Notes: a model not told the origin generated them from the sequence alone. 64,000 bases of DNA from Gemmatimonadales bacterium (GCA_041615815.1 JBFJCP010000026.1:8567-72566), one strand, 5' to 3'. Counted from the first letter of the stretch, positions 37,697 through 48,465 are shown. Program-made: numbers and translations.

Positions 37697-38890
37697 GTGA
37701 ACACCACCGTGAAGGCAATTGGCATCCTCGCCTTTGGAACGGTCTGGCTCGCTTCGGCGTGCAGCCGGGAGCACAATCCGGCGCCGGAGGGGCCCGAGCC
37801 ACGGCTCGAGACCGTCGCCAGTGGTTTGGAGTTACCGTGGGACTTGGAGTTTCTCCCCGACGGCCGAATCCTCCTCACCGAGAAGCCAGGGCGGATCCGG
37901 GTCATCCGTGACCGTCAGCTCCAACCGGAGCCGTGGGCCACGCTGGACGTCTACCAGAAGGCGGCGGCGGGCCTCATGGGGATCGCGCTCGCTCCTGATT
38001 TCGACGAGTCCGGCTACGTCTTCGTCGTCGGGACCTTCCGCGCGGGCGACACCCTCATGAACCGCGTCATCCGACTGACCGACCGGCACGGGAAGGGTGT
38101 CGATCCCGTCGTCTTGGTGGACAGCATCATCTCCGGCGTGACCCACGCCGGGGCGCAGCTGGCATTTGGTCCGGACGGCATGATGTACGTCACGTCCGGG
38201 GAGCTGGCCAATCCACCCATGTCGCAGGACATGGAGACCCTGGGATCCAAGATCATGCGCTTCCGTCCGGATGGGACCATTCCCGACGACAATCCGTGGC
38301 CGGGATCGCCGATCTACGTCCTTGGGACGAGAAATAGCCAGGGGCTTGCATGGCATCCGGAGACCGGAGACCTGTTTGCGACGGAGCACGGGCCCAGCGG
38401 CGCGGACTTTGAGAACTACTGGCATGGTGAGGACGAGCTCAACGTGATTCTGAGCGGGGAGAACTACGGTTGGCCGCTCGTGTCGGGGCTGTCCTCTGGG
38501 CTCGTGGATGATCCGCGGTTCGTCCCCCCTCTTGTGGAGTGGACGCCGGCGATTGCCCCATCGGGGCTGGCCATCTATACCGGCGACTGGCGGCCGTGGT
38601 ATGGCAACGCGTTCGTGGCTGGGCTCCGTGGCCAGCAGCTACGGCGTATTGTGTTGGCACATTCGCCGGAGCATCGAACGGGCTGGCGGATCGCTCGGGA
38701 AGAGGCCTACTTCGTGGGGAAACTCGGCCGTGTGCGCGCGGTCGTCATGGGGCCAGACGGCTATCTCTACATCACGACGAACAACCGCACGGCGTGGAAC
38801 GATGAGCCGGCGCCGGAGGATGACCGGCTGTTGCGCGTGATTCCCGCTGAAGACACGCCGGGCGACGACGTGGCCGCAACCTCCCGGTAA
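37697..38890 (+). CDS. PQQ-dependent sugar (aldose) dehydrogenase, GSDH family lipoprotein
   Basis: GLELPWDLEFLPDG, AFGPDG, RNSQGLAW, EHGP, DELN...NYGWP, IAPSG; LASAC lipobox. Confidence 0.9.
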   Translation: MNTTVKAIGILAFGTVWLASACSREHNPAPEGPEPRLETVASGLELPWDLEFLPDGRILLTEKPGRIRVIRDRQLQPEPWATLDVYQKAAAGLMGIALAPDFDESGYVFVVGTFRAGDTLMNRVIRLTDRHGKGVDPVVLVDSIISGVTHAGAQLAFGPDGMMYVTSGELANPPMSQDMETLGSKIMRFRPDGTIPDDNPWPGSPIYVLGTRNSQGLAWHPETGDLFATEHGPSGADFENYWHGEDELNVILSGENYGWPLVSGLSSGLVDDPRFVPPLVEWTPAIAPSGLAIYTGDWRPWYGNAFVAGLRGQQLRRIVLAHSPEHRTGWRIAREEAYFVGKLGRVRAVVMGPDGYLYITTNNRTAWNDEPAPEDDRLLRVIPAEDTPGDDVAATSR

Positions 38891-39176
38891 TCACGTCGGA
38901 GCACGCTCGTGCCCGAGGGTCACCACTCGGGTGAGCGTCGGCGATCCTCGAACCAGCGCGAGATCAACGACCTCGAGCCCCGGTCAACTAGCCGATCCCG
39001 AGGCGTTCCTCCGGGTGCTCCTCCCAGATGTCGCCACTGACGAAAGCTCCGGCGATGGCCGCCGGGAATCAGGCGCATGAGGCCCTTGCCGGCTCCCAGA
39101 GACCTCATTCGGGACGTGGTAGCCAGCGTGGCCACGCGGAGGAAACGCGACAGGATGCCTGCGGTGCGAGCCCCGC

Positions 39177-40787
39177 TCACTGGCCCGGCGCCGGAGCCGG
39201 CGTCAGTGCCTGACGGACCGGAGCTGGGAGAATTTCCCAGGCATACCGAATGTGCACGCCGCGTTGGGTACGAAACGGGTCTCCCGGGGTGGGAGACCGC
39301 AAGAACGCGTAGTGCACGGCGACGACGTGTTGATGGGCGTCGATGAGCGGACCTCCGCTGCCACCCACGGTCGTCGTTGCCGAGTGAATGACCTCGCTCG
39401 CCGTGGTATCGCTCACGCTGCCGTTCATGATGAGCGGCTGAATGAGTCGTCGCCTGGCCAATTCTTCCACAAGCCGGCGTTGATCGTCACCCACTCGCTG
39501 CAGGATCGTGGCACGTTCGGCCTGGTCGATGCGGAACAACAGGTTGAATGGTCCGGTGGGATAGCCAATGAAGATGAGCGGATCCCCTGGTTGCGCGGCC
39601 GCGGTTGCCGCTGCCAGCGGCAGCACCGGCGCCGAAATGGGATTCCCCAGGATTCTGAGTAACGCCACGTCCGCGGCGCGAGATACCGTCTCCACGACCA
39701 CGGGTGACGATCGGTCACCCGGTGGGAAGTAGGCCCTGAGATCGAGGATCCGGCCGGAGACGTCGAACCCTGCGGCTCGTATGGCATCCAGGTCGCTGTC
39801 ATCCTCCCAGGGTCGTGCCACGTGCCGGTTGGTGATCATCCAGCCCGTCGAGTCGATGAGAAAGCCGGTAGCGGTCCCGTCATGCTTGACCGGGGGGCCA
39901 GACCCGCCGAGCACGATTGCCGGGATCTCCTCTCCCCGGGGGCCGCGTCGGACGACGACCTTCCCAGCTTCGTCAACGGCGTAGCGCAGAAGGTCTCGTC
40001 CGTTGCCGTACCCATAGGAAAACACGATGAGGGCGACGCCGCGGGCATACTCGCGAATGGCTCCCAGGTCCACACGCGGATCGCGGGCAACGCTGCGCTG
40101 GGCGTCGTCCACCGCCTGCGCGAGGGAGTCGTACCGCGCTCCCACGGAGGCCATCTGCTGTTCCAGCGCCGAGCGGGACGAGCGCTCGCTGGCCAGAGCC
40201 ACGGAGAGGCCGGCGAGCTCCTGTTCCATTCGCTTCTTGCTGAACTGTTGCCAGGCCACCACGCCCAGGATGGCCACGACGCCCAGGATGGCCAAGGCCA
40301 CCAGCTGGCGCCCACGACGTTCGGAGCGTGCGTAGGTGATGGCGGCGAGTTCTCGCGTCGTTGCGAGCTGTGGGTTGGACTCTGCGCCGTCAGGCGCCAT
40401 GGCCTCGCGCTTGGTGCGCTCGATGAAGGCCAACGCCCGTCGCATGTCACCTGGATCCAGGGTCTGCGTGGTTCCCGGGGCGACGCTCATCACGAAGTGC
40501 GCCGCCGGACCGCCCGGCCCGAACTGCACGAGATCGCCGTCGTCGAGCGCCCGCTCGCTCACGCGGTCAGCGTTGACGAACGTCCCGTTGCGACTGCCGT
40601 CGTCCCGCAGCACGTAGGTGTCTTCTGCGGTTCTCGAGATGGTGGCGTGATGGGCCGAGACCAATACTTCATTGGCTTCGAAGGGGACGGTTCGATCGGT
40701 GGCACGCCCAAATGTCGTGGCGATCTCCGAAAGATCGACGGCGGTCCCGGCTTTGCTACCGGTGATGAAGACGAGTCGAGCGGGCAT
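39177..40787 (-). CDS. FHA domain - TM - coiled coil - trypsin-like serine protease
   Basis: FGR...VSAHHA...SRNGTFVN FHA motifs; TM segment; ATGF, TNRHV, DVALL, GGSGGP catalytic triad. Confidence 0.88.
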   Translation of the reverse strand: MPARLVFITGSKAGTAVDLSEIATTFGRATDRTVPFEANEVLVSAHHATISRTAEDTYVLRDDGSRNGTFVNADRVSERALDDGDLVQFGPGGPAAHFVMSVAPGTTQTLDPGDMRRALAFIERTKREAMAPDGAESNPQLATTRELAAITYARSERRGRQLVALAILGVVAILGVVAWQQFSKKRMEQELAGLSVALASERSSRSALEQQMASVGARYDSLAQAVDDAQRSVARDPRVDLGAIREYARGVALIVFSYGYGNGRDLLRYAVDEAGKVVVRRGPRGEEIPAIVLGGSGPPVKHDGTATGFLIDSTGWMITNRHVARPWEDDSDLDAIRAAGFDVSGRILDLRAYFPPGDRSSPVVVETVSRAADVALLRILGNPISAPVLPLAAATAAAQPGDPLIFIGYPTGPFNLLFRIDQAERATILQRVGDDQRRLVEELARRRLIQPLIMNGSVSDTTASEVIHSATTTVGGSGGPLIDAHQHVVAVHYAFLRSPTPGDPFRTQRGVHIRYAWEILPAPVRQALTPAPAPGQ

Positions 40788-40934
40788 GCGTGGTTGTCCC
40801 CAGGTGTGGCCGTAGCGTACCCGCTCCCGGGTGTCACTGTCAAGCAAGTCGAGGCGGGCTTTTGACAAATCTTTTACAATTATCGAGCAGCGGTCCGGAA
40901 CCCCAGGGGGTAGCTTTCAGTATTGAGCATAGGG

Positions 40935-41750
40935 ATGCGTAGCGTGCTGTCGTTCAAAAACTTGCGCGGGCCGGCGGTGCTCGCCCTGCTCGCGCTCGTT
41001 CTTGCGACGGGCGCCGCCGCTCATCGTGCGCATGTGCCTCCCGCATTGCCCAGTTCGAACGTCGAAACGTCAGTGACGGCCCGGCCCCCCGCAGGTCGGG
41101 TATTCTATTTCACCCGGGCGGTGTACAGCGATTATGCTGGCCGGCGCCGTGGGTCATGGAGCACGGATTATCCCAAGGCCGACCGACAGTTTCTGATCGG
41201 GCTCAAACATCTCACGATCATCGATGCCTATGAGGCTGAAAACGCCGTGCGGCTCGACGACCCGGACCTTCGACGATACCCCTTTCTCTATGCTGTCGAG
41301 GTCGGCTACATGGCGCTCACCGAGCCGGAGGTCCGTGGCTTACGGGACTATCTGTTGGCTGGAGGGTTCTTGGTAGTCGATGATTTTTGGGGCACGTTCG
41401 AATGGCAGAACTTCGAAATGCAAATTCGACGTGTGCTGCCCGAATACCCCATCGTCGACCTCGGCGCGGACCATCCGCTCATGAGCGCGTTCTACGATCT
41501 GTCCGAGATCCTGCAAGTACCCAATGTCCGGCTCGGCCGATCCGGAGGGCGGACGTGGGAGCGGGATGGCTACGAACCGGCCCTCCGTGGCATCTTCGAT
41601 GAACATGGGCGTCTCATGGTTGTGATTAATTGGAATACGGACCTCGGCGACGCATGGGAATGGGCGGAAGATCCGTGGTATCCGATACGGTTCTCCAACT
41701 TCGCGTATCAGCTGGGTGTGAACATGATCATGTACGGAATGAGTCACTAG
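40935..41750 (+). CDS. DUF4159 domain protein (copy 1)
   Basis: WSTDYPKAD, YPFLY, LRDYLLAGGFLVVDDFWG, NTDLGDAWE, GVNMIMY. Confidence 0.85.
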   Translation: MRSVLSFKNLRGPAVLALLALVLATGAAAHRAHVPPALPSSNVETSVTARPPAGRVFYFTRAVYSDYAGRRRGSWSTDYPKADRQFLIGLKHLTIIDAYEAENAVRLDDPDLRRYPFLYAVEVGYMALTEPEVRGLRDYLLAGGFLVVDDFWGTFEWQNFEMQIRRVLPEYPIVDLGADHPLMSAFYDLSEILQVPNVRLGRSGGRTWERDGYEPALRGIFDEHGRLMVVINWNTDLGDAWEWAEDPWYPIRFSNFAYQLGVNMIMYGMSH

Positions 41751-41752
41751 GC

Positions 41753-44050
41753 ATGGACGCGGCGTTCGAATCGGTGTTCGCCTTCCTGTTCAAGTACCGG
41801 CCCTTCGTGTTCGAAAAGGGCACGGTGGCACTTGGCGTGGCTTGGCCTGGACTGGTGTTAGCGTTGGGTGGGGGGGTGGCGGCCATCACTGTCTATCTCT
41901 ATCTGCGGTCGCCTGGCAAACTGCATCCAGCCGATCGGGGCGTGCTCACCGTGCTGCGGCTGGGTGTTGTGGGTCTCCTCACGTTCGTGCTCCTTCGTCC
42001 CTTGCTCGTCGTGGCCAGCGTCGTCCCCCAGCAGAACTTTCTGGCGATCGTGGTCGATGATTCCCGAAGTATGCAGGTCGCCGATGCCGATGGTCGTGCG
42101 CGCGCGGCCGTGGTGAAGGAGATGTTCGGTGCGGAAGGTGGGGACGTGGCCCGTGCACTCGCCGACCGATTCAAGTTGCGGTTCTTCAGATTTGATGGGG
42201 CCACCGAACGGGTGGAGGCCGTGGACGGACTGGCCTTTGCGGGCACGCGGACCGCCGTGGGTCAAGCGCTCGAACACGCCCGCCAGGAGTTGAGTGCCGT
42301 GCCGCTTGCGGGGATGGTGCTGGTGTCCGACGGTGCCGACAACTCGGATGCGGCCCTCACCGAGCCGCTGCTGCGGCTCAAGGCGAGCGGGCTGCCTGTC
42401 TATACGGTTGGCGTAGGCCGGGAGCGGTTTTCCAAAGACATCGCGTTGGGACGGGTGGAGACCCCGCGCCGCGTGCTGAAGGGCTCGACGCTGGTCGTTG
42501 AGCTCTACATTGGGCATTCGGGCTTCGGCGGGCAGACCGTGCCGGTCCAGGTCGAGAGCGATGGACGAATTGTGAGCACGGAGCAGGTGGTCCTTCCGCG
42601 AGGCGGCGAAACGGCGACGGTGCCGGTCCAGTTTCCGGCAGACGAGGCCGGGCCGCGGCTGTTTCGGTTCCACGTTCCGCCGCAGCCAGGTGAACTGGTG
42701 AAGGAGAACAACACCCGGGAAGCGCTGATCATCGTCGAGGGTGGCCGTCAGAAGATCCTGTACTTCGAGGGCGAGCCCAGGTTCGAATTCAAGTTCGTCC
42801 GACGCGCCGTGGCGGACGACCAGAACCTCCAGGTCGTGGGCTTCATGCGGATGGCGGAAAACAACTACGGGCGCTATCAGGTCGAAAGTCCCGACGAGCT
42901 CGCAGCGGGATTTCCGTCGACCCGAGAGGAGTTATTCGGGTACCACGGCCTGATCCTCGGTAGTGTGGAAGCGAGCTTTTTCACGCAGGATCAACTCCGC
43001 ATGATTGGGGAATTCGTGAGCCAGCGGGGCGGAGGCTTGCTCATGCTGGGTGGTCGCCATGCGTTTGCGCAGGGCGGCTATGGCGAAACCGCCGTCGCGG
43101 ACGCGCTCCCCGTCGTGATCCCACCGTTGGATCCCGTGGACGGGTCCCCGTCGGCCACCGAGATCAAGGTGGAACCCACTCCGGTGGGGGTGAGCCACCC
43201 GGCCACACAGATCGCCACCACTCTCGAGGCCTCGGCTGATCGGTGGGAAGCGTTACCACCGCTCACCACGGTCACTCCCATCCGCGACGTGAAGCCAGGT
43301 GCCAGCACGCTCTTGAGCGGCACCGCCACAACGGCTGACGACCGGGTCGTGGTCCTCGCAGCGCAACGCTACGGTCGGGGCCGGTCCCTTGCACTCCCCA
43401 TACAGGACTCCTGGCTCTGGCAGATGCACGCCGAGATTCCCATTGACGACCCGACCCACGAGCGCTTTTGGCAACAGCTCCTGCGGTGGCTGGTCAGCGG
43501 CGCCCCGGACCGTGTCATGGTGATGCCCTCAGAGGACCGCGTGGGCCTCGGTCGCTCGGTCACGCTGGCCGCCGAGGTCTCGGATTCGGCGTATCTCCGG
43601 CTCAATGGCGCCGAGGTGCGGGCCCGCCTCACGTCGCCGTCGGGCGTGGAACGCGATCTGACGCTTGAGTGGGCGGTGGACGAAGATGGGCGGTATGAGG
43701 TCGACTTCGTGGCCGACGAGCGTGGCCTGTATTCCTTCACGGTGGAGGCGGGCACGCGTGATGGGGTCGTGGGGGACAACCGTGGATACGTCTACGCTGC
43801 CGATCCCACCGACGAGTTCTTCGAGTCGGAGCTTCGCGCGGAAACGCTGCAACGGATTGCCGAAGAGACGGGTGGCCGGTACTACACCCAGCGGACCCTC
43901 GGCGGGTTGCCCGAGGATGTCCAGTACACCGAGAGCGGGACGACGGTGCGAGAAGAAAAAGATCTGTGGGACATGCCCGTCGTCTTTTTCCTCCTCGTCA
44001 CGCTGTTAGCGGCGGAATGGGGCTACCGGCGCCTCCGGGGGCTCGTATGA
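41753..44050 (+). CDS. Membrane protein with VWA domain and class-I glutamine-amidotransferase-like domain
   Basis: TM N-terminus; DDSRSM MIDAS and LVSDG; RGGGLLMLGG, YGRGRS, FWQQLLRWL; C-terminal TM ending AEWGYRR. Confidence 0.85.
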   Translation: MDAAFESVFAFLFKYRPFVFEKGTVALGVAWPGLVLALGGGVAAITVYLYLRSPGKLHPADRGVLTVLRLGVVGLLTFVLLRPLLVVASVVPQQNFLAIVVDDSRSMQVADADGRARAAVVKEMFGAEGGDVARALADRFKLRFFRFDGATERVEAVDGLAFAGTRTAVGQALEHARQELSAVPLAGMVLVSDGADNSDAALTEPLLRLKASGLPVYTVGVGRERFSKDIALGRVETPRRVLKGSTLVVELYIGHSGFGGQTVPVQVESDGRIVSTEQVVLPRGGETATVPVQFPADEAGPRLFRFHVPPQPGELVKENNTREALIIVEGGRQKILYFEGEPRFEFKFVRRAVADDQNLQVVGFMRMAENNYGRYQVESPDELAAGFPSTREELFGYHGLILGSVEASFFTQDQLRMIGEFVSQRGGGLLMLGGRHAFAQGGYGETAVADALPVVIPPLDPVDGSPSATEIKVEPTPVGVSHPATQIATTLEASADRWEALPPLTTVTPIRDVKPGASTLLSGTATTADDRVVVLAAQRYGRGRSLALPIQDSWLWQMHAEIPIDDPTHERFWQQLLRWLVSGAPDRVMVMPSEDRVGLGRSVTLAAEVSDSAYLRLNGAEVRARLTSPSGVERDLTLEWAVDEDGRYEVDFVADERGLYSFTVEAGTRDGVVGDNRGYVYAADPTDEFFESELRAETLQRIAEETGGRYYTQRTLGGLPEDVQYTESGTTVREEKDLWDMPVVFFLLVTLLAAEWGYRRLRGLV

Positions 44051-45045
44051 GCCGGACTCTCGCGGTGCTCGTCGTGCTGCTCCTCCTGCGTGTCGTTCCG
44101 GCCGCAGCCCAGACGCACCTGATCGTTATCAGCGGGATTGCCGGAGATCCCGCCTTTGCCACGGAGCTTCACGTCTGGGCTATGGGGTTGATCGAAGCGG
44201 CGCGGGAACGGTTTGGGGTACCAAGCTCGGAAATCGTCTATCTGGCGGAATCGCCAGACCGCGCCCCGGCGCACATTCGTGGGCGGTCTACGAAGGAGAT
44301 GGTGGAGCAGACCTTTCGCGAGCTCGCTGCACGCGCGTCGAGCGATGCCCAACTCATCGTCGTGCTGTTCGGACATGGGAGTTTTCGCAACGGCGAGTCC
44401 CGCTTCAATCTTCCCGGCCCGGACATGACCGCACAGGATTTTGCGGCGTTGTTGGACCTCTTCCCGACCCAACGCATCGGATTCGTGAACACGGCGAGCG
44501 CCAGTGGTGAGTTCGTGGCGGCCTTGTCGGGCGAAGGGCGGACGATCGTGACCGCTACCAAGAGCGGTTTCGAGCGAAACCGCACGCTCTTCGGGATGTT
44601 CTTCTCGGAGGCATTTGCGAAAGGGACGGCGGACGTCGACAAAGACGATCGGATTTCGTTGCTCGAAGCGTTTCAATACGCGAGGAGCCAAGTGGCACGG
44701 ATGTACGAGCAACAGAATCGGTTGTTGACGGAACATGCGGTCCTCGACGACAACGGTGACGGTCAGGGCACGACCGAGCCGGGGCCGGATGGTGCGGACG
44801 GGATGTTGGCCAAGGTGCTGTACCTCGCCGCTAGTGGAGCGGACACTCCCCGAGCCGGTGATCCGGCTCTCGGGGCGCTCTATCGTGAGCGCGATGTTCT
44901 GGAGCGCCAAGTCGCAGAGTTGCGAACGCGCAAAGACGCCATGGCACAGGACGCATACGAGCGAAAGCTGGAAGAACTCCTGGTGGCGTTGGCCCGTGCG
45001 TCTCGACGGATTCGGGAGCTCGAGGGATCGGTGGTGACCCCGTGA
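44047..45045 (+). CDS. Secreted caspase/legumain-fold-like hypothetical protein
   Basis: Signal peptide; VVLFGHG and FVNTASASG; DVDKDDRISLLEAF EF-hand-like motif; coiled-coil tail; ATGA overlap. Confidence 0.7.
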   Translation: MSRTLAVLVVLLLLRVVPAAAQTHLIVISGIAGDPAFATELHVWAMGLIEAARERFGVPSSEIVYLAESPDRAPAHIRGRSTKEMVEQTFRELAARASSDAQLIVVLFGHGSFRNGESRFNLPGPDMTAQDFAALLDLFPTQRIGFVNTASASGEFVAALSGEGRTIVTATKSGFERNRTLFGMFFSEAFAKGTADVDKDDRISLLEAFQYARSQVARMYEQQNRLLTEHAVLDDNGDGQGTTEPGPDGADGMLAKVLYLAASGADTPRAGDPALGALYRERDVLERQVAELRTRKDAMAQDAYERKLEELLVALARASRRIRELEGSVVTP

Positions 45046-47666
45046 GAGGCGCCGTGTTCACCGTCGGGCTGATGCTGCTGCTCGGTACTCCGCTCGGCGC
45101 GCAGCCGCCAGCGGCGCAGTCCGCCCTCATACGTGGGGATTACGATCGGGCCGTCAGCCTCTACGAGCGAGCCGTGGCCCAAGATCCCACCCCGGCAACC
45201 GTGCGTGGCCTCGCGCGCGCCTTGTCTGAGGTGGGGCGGTACGCGGAGGCGGAGCGCGTGGTCGAAGCCCATGCGACCCGGTTCGCACCCCACCTGTGGA
45301 ATACGCTGGGAGAGCTGCGGCTCCAGCGCGGCAAACTGCGCGAGGCCGAATCCGCGTTCAACCAGGCTCTCACGGAAGGCGCGACCGATAGTGTGATGGC
45401 CCGTTTCCAGCGCGCCGCCCTCTTCTATCGACGCGGAGCGCTCACCCGCGCGATGGCGGAGTTCGACACCTTCTTTGACGTGTACAATCGAGGACGCAAT
45501 CTCACCTCGCCCGAGCGTATGGCGGTGGCGCTTGCCATGCGGTACTTGAGCTTCGACGAGCCGCAGCGAGCCAAGGACGCGCTTCGTGCATTCGACGAGG
45601 CGATCACCGCGGATGGTAACAATCTGGAGGCGCGGGCGCGGTTGGGAGAATTGTTCCTCGAGAAATACAACGGGACCGATGCACTCGAGACCTTCAAGGC
45701 CATCCTCCAAGTCAATCCCAAATACCCGTGGGCGCTACTTGGTATGGCACGCACCAAGCATTTTGACGGATCGGATGAAAGCCTGGAGCTGGTGCAGCAG
45801 AGTCTCGAGGTCAATCCCAACCTGGTTGAGGCTCGGGCGTTTCTCGGTGCGCTCTACCTGGAGATGGAAGACTATGACGGCGCGCACCGAGAAGCTGAGC
45901 GAGCGCTGGAAACTGATCCCACGTCGCTGGACGCCCTGTCGATACTGGCCGCAAGCTACTTTTTCAGGGGACGGCGCGCCGAGTACGACGACACTCGGCG
46001 GCGCACGCTCGCCCTGAATCCCCGCTACGCGGATCTCTACAACACCCTGTCCGAGTTGAGTGCCCGCATCCGGCGTTACGGTGACGCGGTGGACTTTGCG
46101 CGGCAGGCCGTGACCATCGATTCCACGTCGTGGCGCGGCTACGCGTTGCTGGGCCGGAATCAGCTTCGCCTCGGAACCATGCACGATGGTGCGCGAAACC
46201 TCGAGAAGGCATTCGCGGGAGATCCGTTTGACGTGTGGACCAAGAACACCTTGGATCTGCTGGATACGCTCACACAGTATCGGGAAACGGTGTCGCCCCG
46301 CTTCCGCTTTGTGATCGATGCCAAGGAATCCGACCTGCTCTCGATCTACGCCGAAGTGCTGGCTGAAGACGCGTACGACAAGCTGGCTGCCCGCTACGCG
46401 TACCGGGCCCCGACCCCCGTGCGGGTGGAGATCTATCCGAGTCACGCCGATTTCTCGGTGCGGACCGTGGGTCTCGTGGGGCTCGGCGCTCTGGGGGTGA
46501 GTTTTGGACCCGTGGTGGCCATGGACTCTCCCTCGGCACGGGACGAGGGGCACTTCAACTGGGGATCGACGTTGTGGCATGAACTGGCTCATACCTTTCA
46601 TCTGGGTCTCAGCGACCATCGCGTTCCGCGGTGGCTCACTGAGGGTCTTGCGGTTCTCGAAGAGCGCCGGGCGCGCCCGGGGTGGGGGGACGACGTCTCG
46701 CCGGGGTTCCTCGTCGCATTCCTCCAGGATCGACTGGTTCCGGTCAGCGATCTGAATCGCGGGTTCACGAGGCCGGCCTATCCACAGCAGATCATCTACT
46801 CCTATTATCAGGCATCGTTGGTCTGTGAGATGATCGAAGAACGTCACGGGGTCGGAGCATTTCGAGCGCTCCTGGTGGGGTATCGGGACGGGAAGACGAC
46901 GGCCGAGCTGTTTCGCTCGGTGCTCGGCACGACACCGCGCCGGATGGACGGCGAGTTCGATGCGTACGTGCGTCGCCGATTCGGAGGAGCGCTCGACGCG
47001 CTCGGTCCTGCGGCGGCGGACGATCCGGAACGTCCACCGACGCCGGCGGCGCTCGCACTGCGCGCGCGGCGCGATCCCAACGACTTCGTTGCCCACTTGG
47101 TCACCGGGCAAGAGCTGGCACGCCAAGGGGACGTGGCTGCTGCCATTCCGTTTCTCGAGCGGGCCAAGGAACTGTTCCCGGAATACGCCGGAGCGGACAG
47201 TCCCTACTGGTTCCTGGCACAAATAGCGAAAGCGCGCGGAGACTTCGAGCGCGCCGCCACCGAGCTGGCGAACCTCACCGCCGTGAATGAGCGGCACTAT
47301 GACGCACTGCTGGAGCTCGGAAACCTACGACGGCAGCTCAACGACGAACTCGGGACCATCGACGCATTGTCGCGCGCCGTGTACCTGTATCCATTCGACA
47401 TGGAGCTCCACACGCGGTTGGCCGAACTGTATGCCGGAAGGGGCCGTTGGGCAGAAGCCGTGACCGAGCGCCGCGCGGTGCTCGCACTCAGACCGGTGGA
47501 CCGGGCCGATGCGATCTATCAATTGGCACTGACGTACTACCGGGCCGGCAACATACTCGAGGCGCGGCGGTACGTGCTGCAGGCTCTGGAACGCGCGCCC
47601 AACTTTGCCGAGGCACAGGAGTTGCTCCTTGCCATCCATGAGCAGCATCCGAGATCGGACCGATGA
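45042..47666 (+). CDS. Secreted TPR-repeat protein with peptidase MA-like HExxH domain
   Basis: Multiple TPRs; TLWHELAH...PRWLTEGLA gluzincin motif; GTGA overlap. Confidence 0.85.
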   Translation: MRGAVFTVGLMLLLGTPLGAQPPAAQSALIRGDYDRAVSLYERAVAQDPTPATVRGLARALSEVGRYAEAERVVEAHATRFAPHLWNTLGELRLQRGKLREAESAFNQALTEGATDSVMARFQRAALFYRRGALTRAMAEFDTFFDVYNRGRNLTSPERMAVALAMRYLSFDEPQRAKDALRAFDEAITADGNNLEARARLGELFLEKYNGTDALETFKAILQVNPKYPWALLGMARTKHFDGSDESLELVQQSLEVNPNLVEARAFLGALYLEMEDYDGAHREAERALETDPTSLDALSILAASYFFRGRRAEYDDTRRRTLALNPRYADLYNTLSELSARIRRYGDAVDFARQAVTIDSTSWRGYALLGRNQLRLGTMHDGARNLEKAFAGDPFDVWTKNTLDLLDTLTQYRETVSPRFRFVIDAKESDLLSIYAEVLAEDAYDKLAARYAYRAPTPVRVEIYPSHADFSVRTVGLVGLGALGVSFGPVVAMDSPSARDEGHFNWGSTLWHELAHTFHLGLSDHRVPRWLTEGLAVLEERRARPGWGDDVSPGFLVAFLQDRLVPVSDLNRGFTRPAYPQQIIYSYYQASLVCEMIEERHGVGAFRALLVGYRDGKTTAELFRSVLGTTPRRMDGEFDAYVRRRFGGALDALGPAAADDPERPPTPAALALRARRDPNDFVAHLVTGQELARQGDVAAAIPFLERAKELFPEYAGADSPYWFLAQIAKARGDFERAATELANLTAVNERHYDALLELGNLRRQLNDELGTIDALSRAVYLYPFDMELHTRLAELYAGRGRWAEAVTERRAVLALRPVDRADAIYQLALTYYRAGNILEARRYVLQALERAPNFAEAQELLLAIHEQHPRSDR

Positions 47667-47673
47667 GGGTGTC

Positions 47674-48444
47674 ATGATGTCACGATTGATTCTCGGCGTC
47701 GTGCTCGCGACGCTGCTGACCCAACCGCTCAACGCGCAGCGGCGTCGGGGAGGCGACGATGGTGACTACGCTCGGTTCAACGTCGCGTACGACGGACGCT
47801 TTACATTCGTGCGGCTGCGCTTCGATCCGATGGCTGGTTGGTCCGGTGGCGGAGGGTATTTTCGTGGTGACCAGAAGTGGGATCACGATTATCCACGGGC
47901 TGAGCGCAATCTCACCAAGATTCTCGACGAACTCACGGCCTTAACGCCATATCTTGGTGGTAGCAACATCCTCACGGCGGAAGATCCCGAGTTGTTCAAG
48001 TACCCCGTGGCCTATCTCTCGGAGCCGGGATTCTGGACCGTGAACGACAAGGAAGTGGAGAATCTGCGCGCGTACCTTCTCAAAGGCGGCTTCATCATCT
48101 TCGACGATTTTGCCGGGGAGCAGTGGTACAATTTCGAGGAAAAGATGCGGCGCGTATTGCCCGAGGCGCAGCTCGTTCCCCTGGATCCGTCCTATCCGAT
48201 CTTTCATTCGTTCTTCGACATCGAGGTATTGCCGGCGGCGCACCCCTACTGGGGGATGGCATCGGTCTATTATGGGATTTTCGAGGACAACGACCCGAGC
48301 AAGCGATTGATGGTGATCGTGAATTACAACAATGACATTGGCGAGTACTGGGAATGGTCCGACGCAGGGTTCGTTCCCATCGAGCTCTCCAACGAGGCGT
48401 ATAAGCTGGGTGTGAACTACATCGTCTATGCCATGACTCATTAG
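47674..48444 (+). CDS. DUF4159 domain protein (copy 2)
   Basis: WDHDYPRAE, YPVAY, LRAYLLKGGFIIFDDF, NNDIGEYWE, GVNYIVYAMTH; paralogous to 40935..41750. Confidence 0.87.
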   Translation: MMSRLILGVVLATLLTQPLNAQRRRGGDDGDYARFNVAYDGRFTFVRLRFDPMAGWSGGGGYFRGDQKWDHDYPRAERNLTKILDELTALTPYLGGSNILTAEDPELFKYPVAYLSEPGFWTVNDKEVENLRAYLLKGGFIIFDDFAGEQWYNFEEKMRRVLPEAQLVPLDPSYPIFHSFFDIEVLPAAHPYWGMASVYYGIFEDNDPSKRLMVIVNYNNDIGEYWEWSDAGFVPIELSNEAYKLGVNYIVYAMTH

Positions 48445-48465
48445 AGGAGCAATCGCATCACTCCG

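Noticed and set aside
38920..39180. 86-aa minus-strand ORF overlapping the FHA-protease stop (GTGA)
   Set aside because: The overlap is suggestive, but the sequence is Arg/Gly-rich with no motif. There is not enough evidence to call it.
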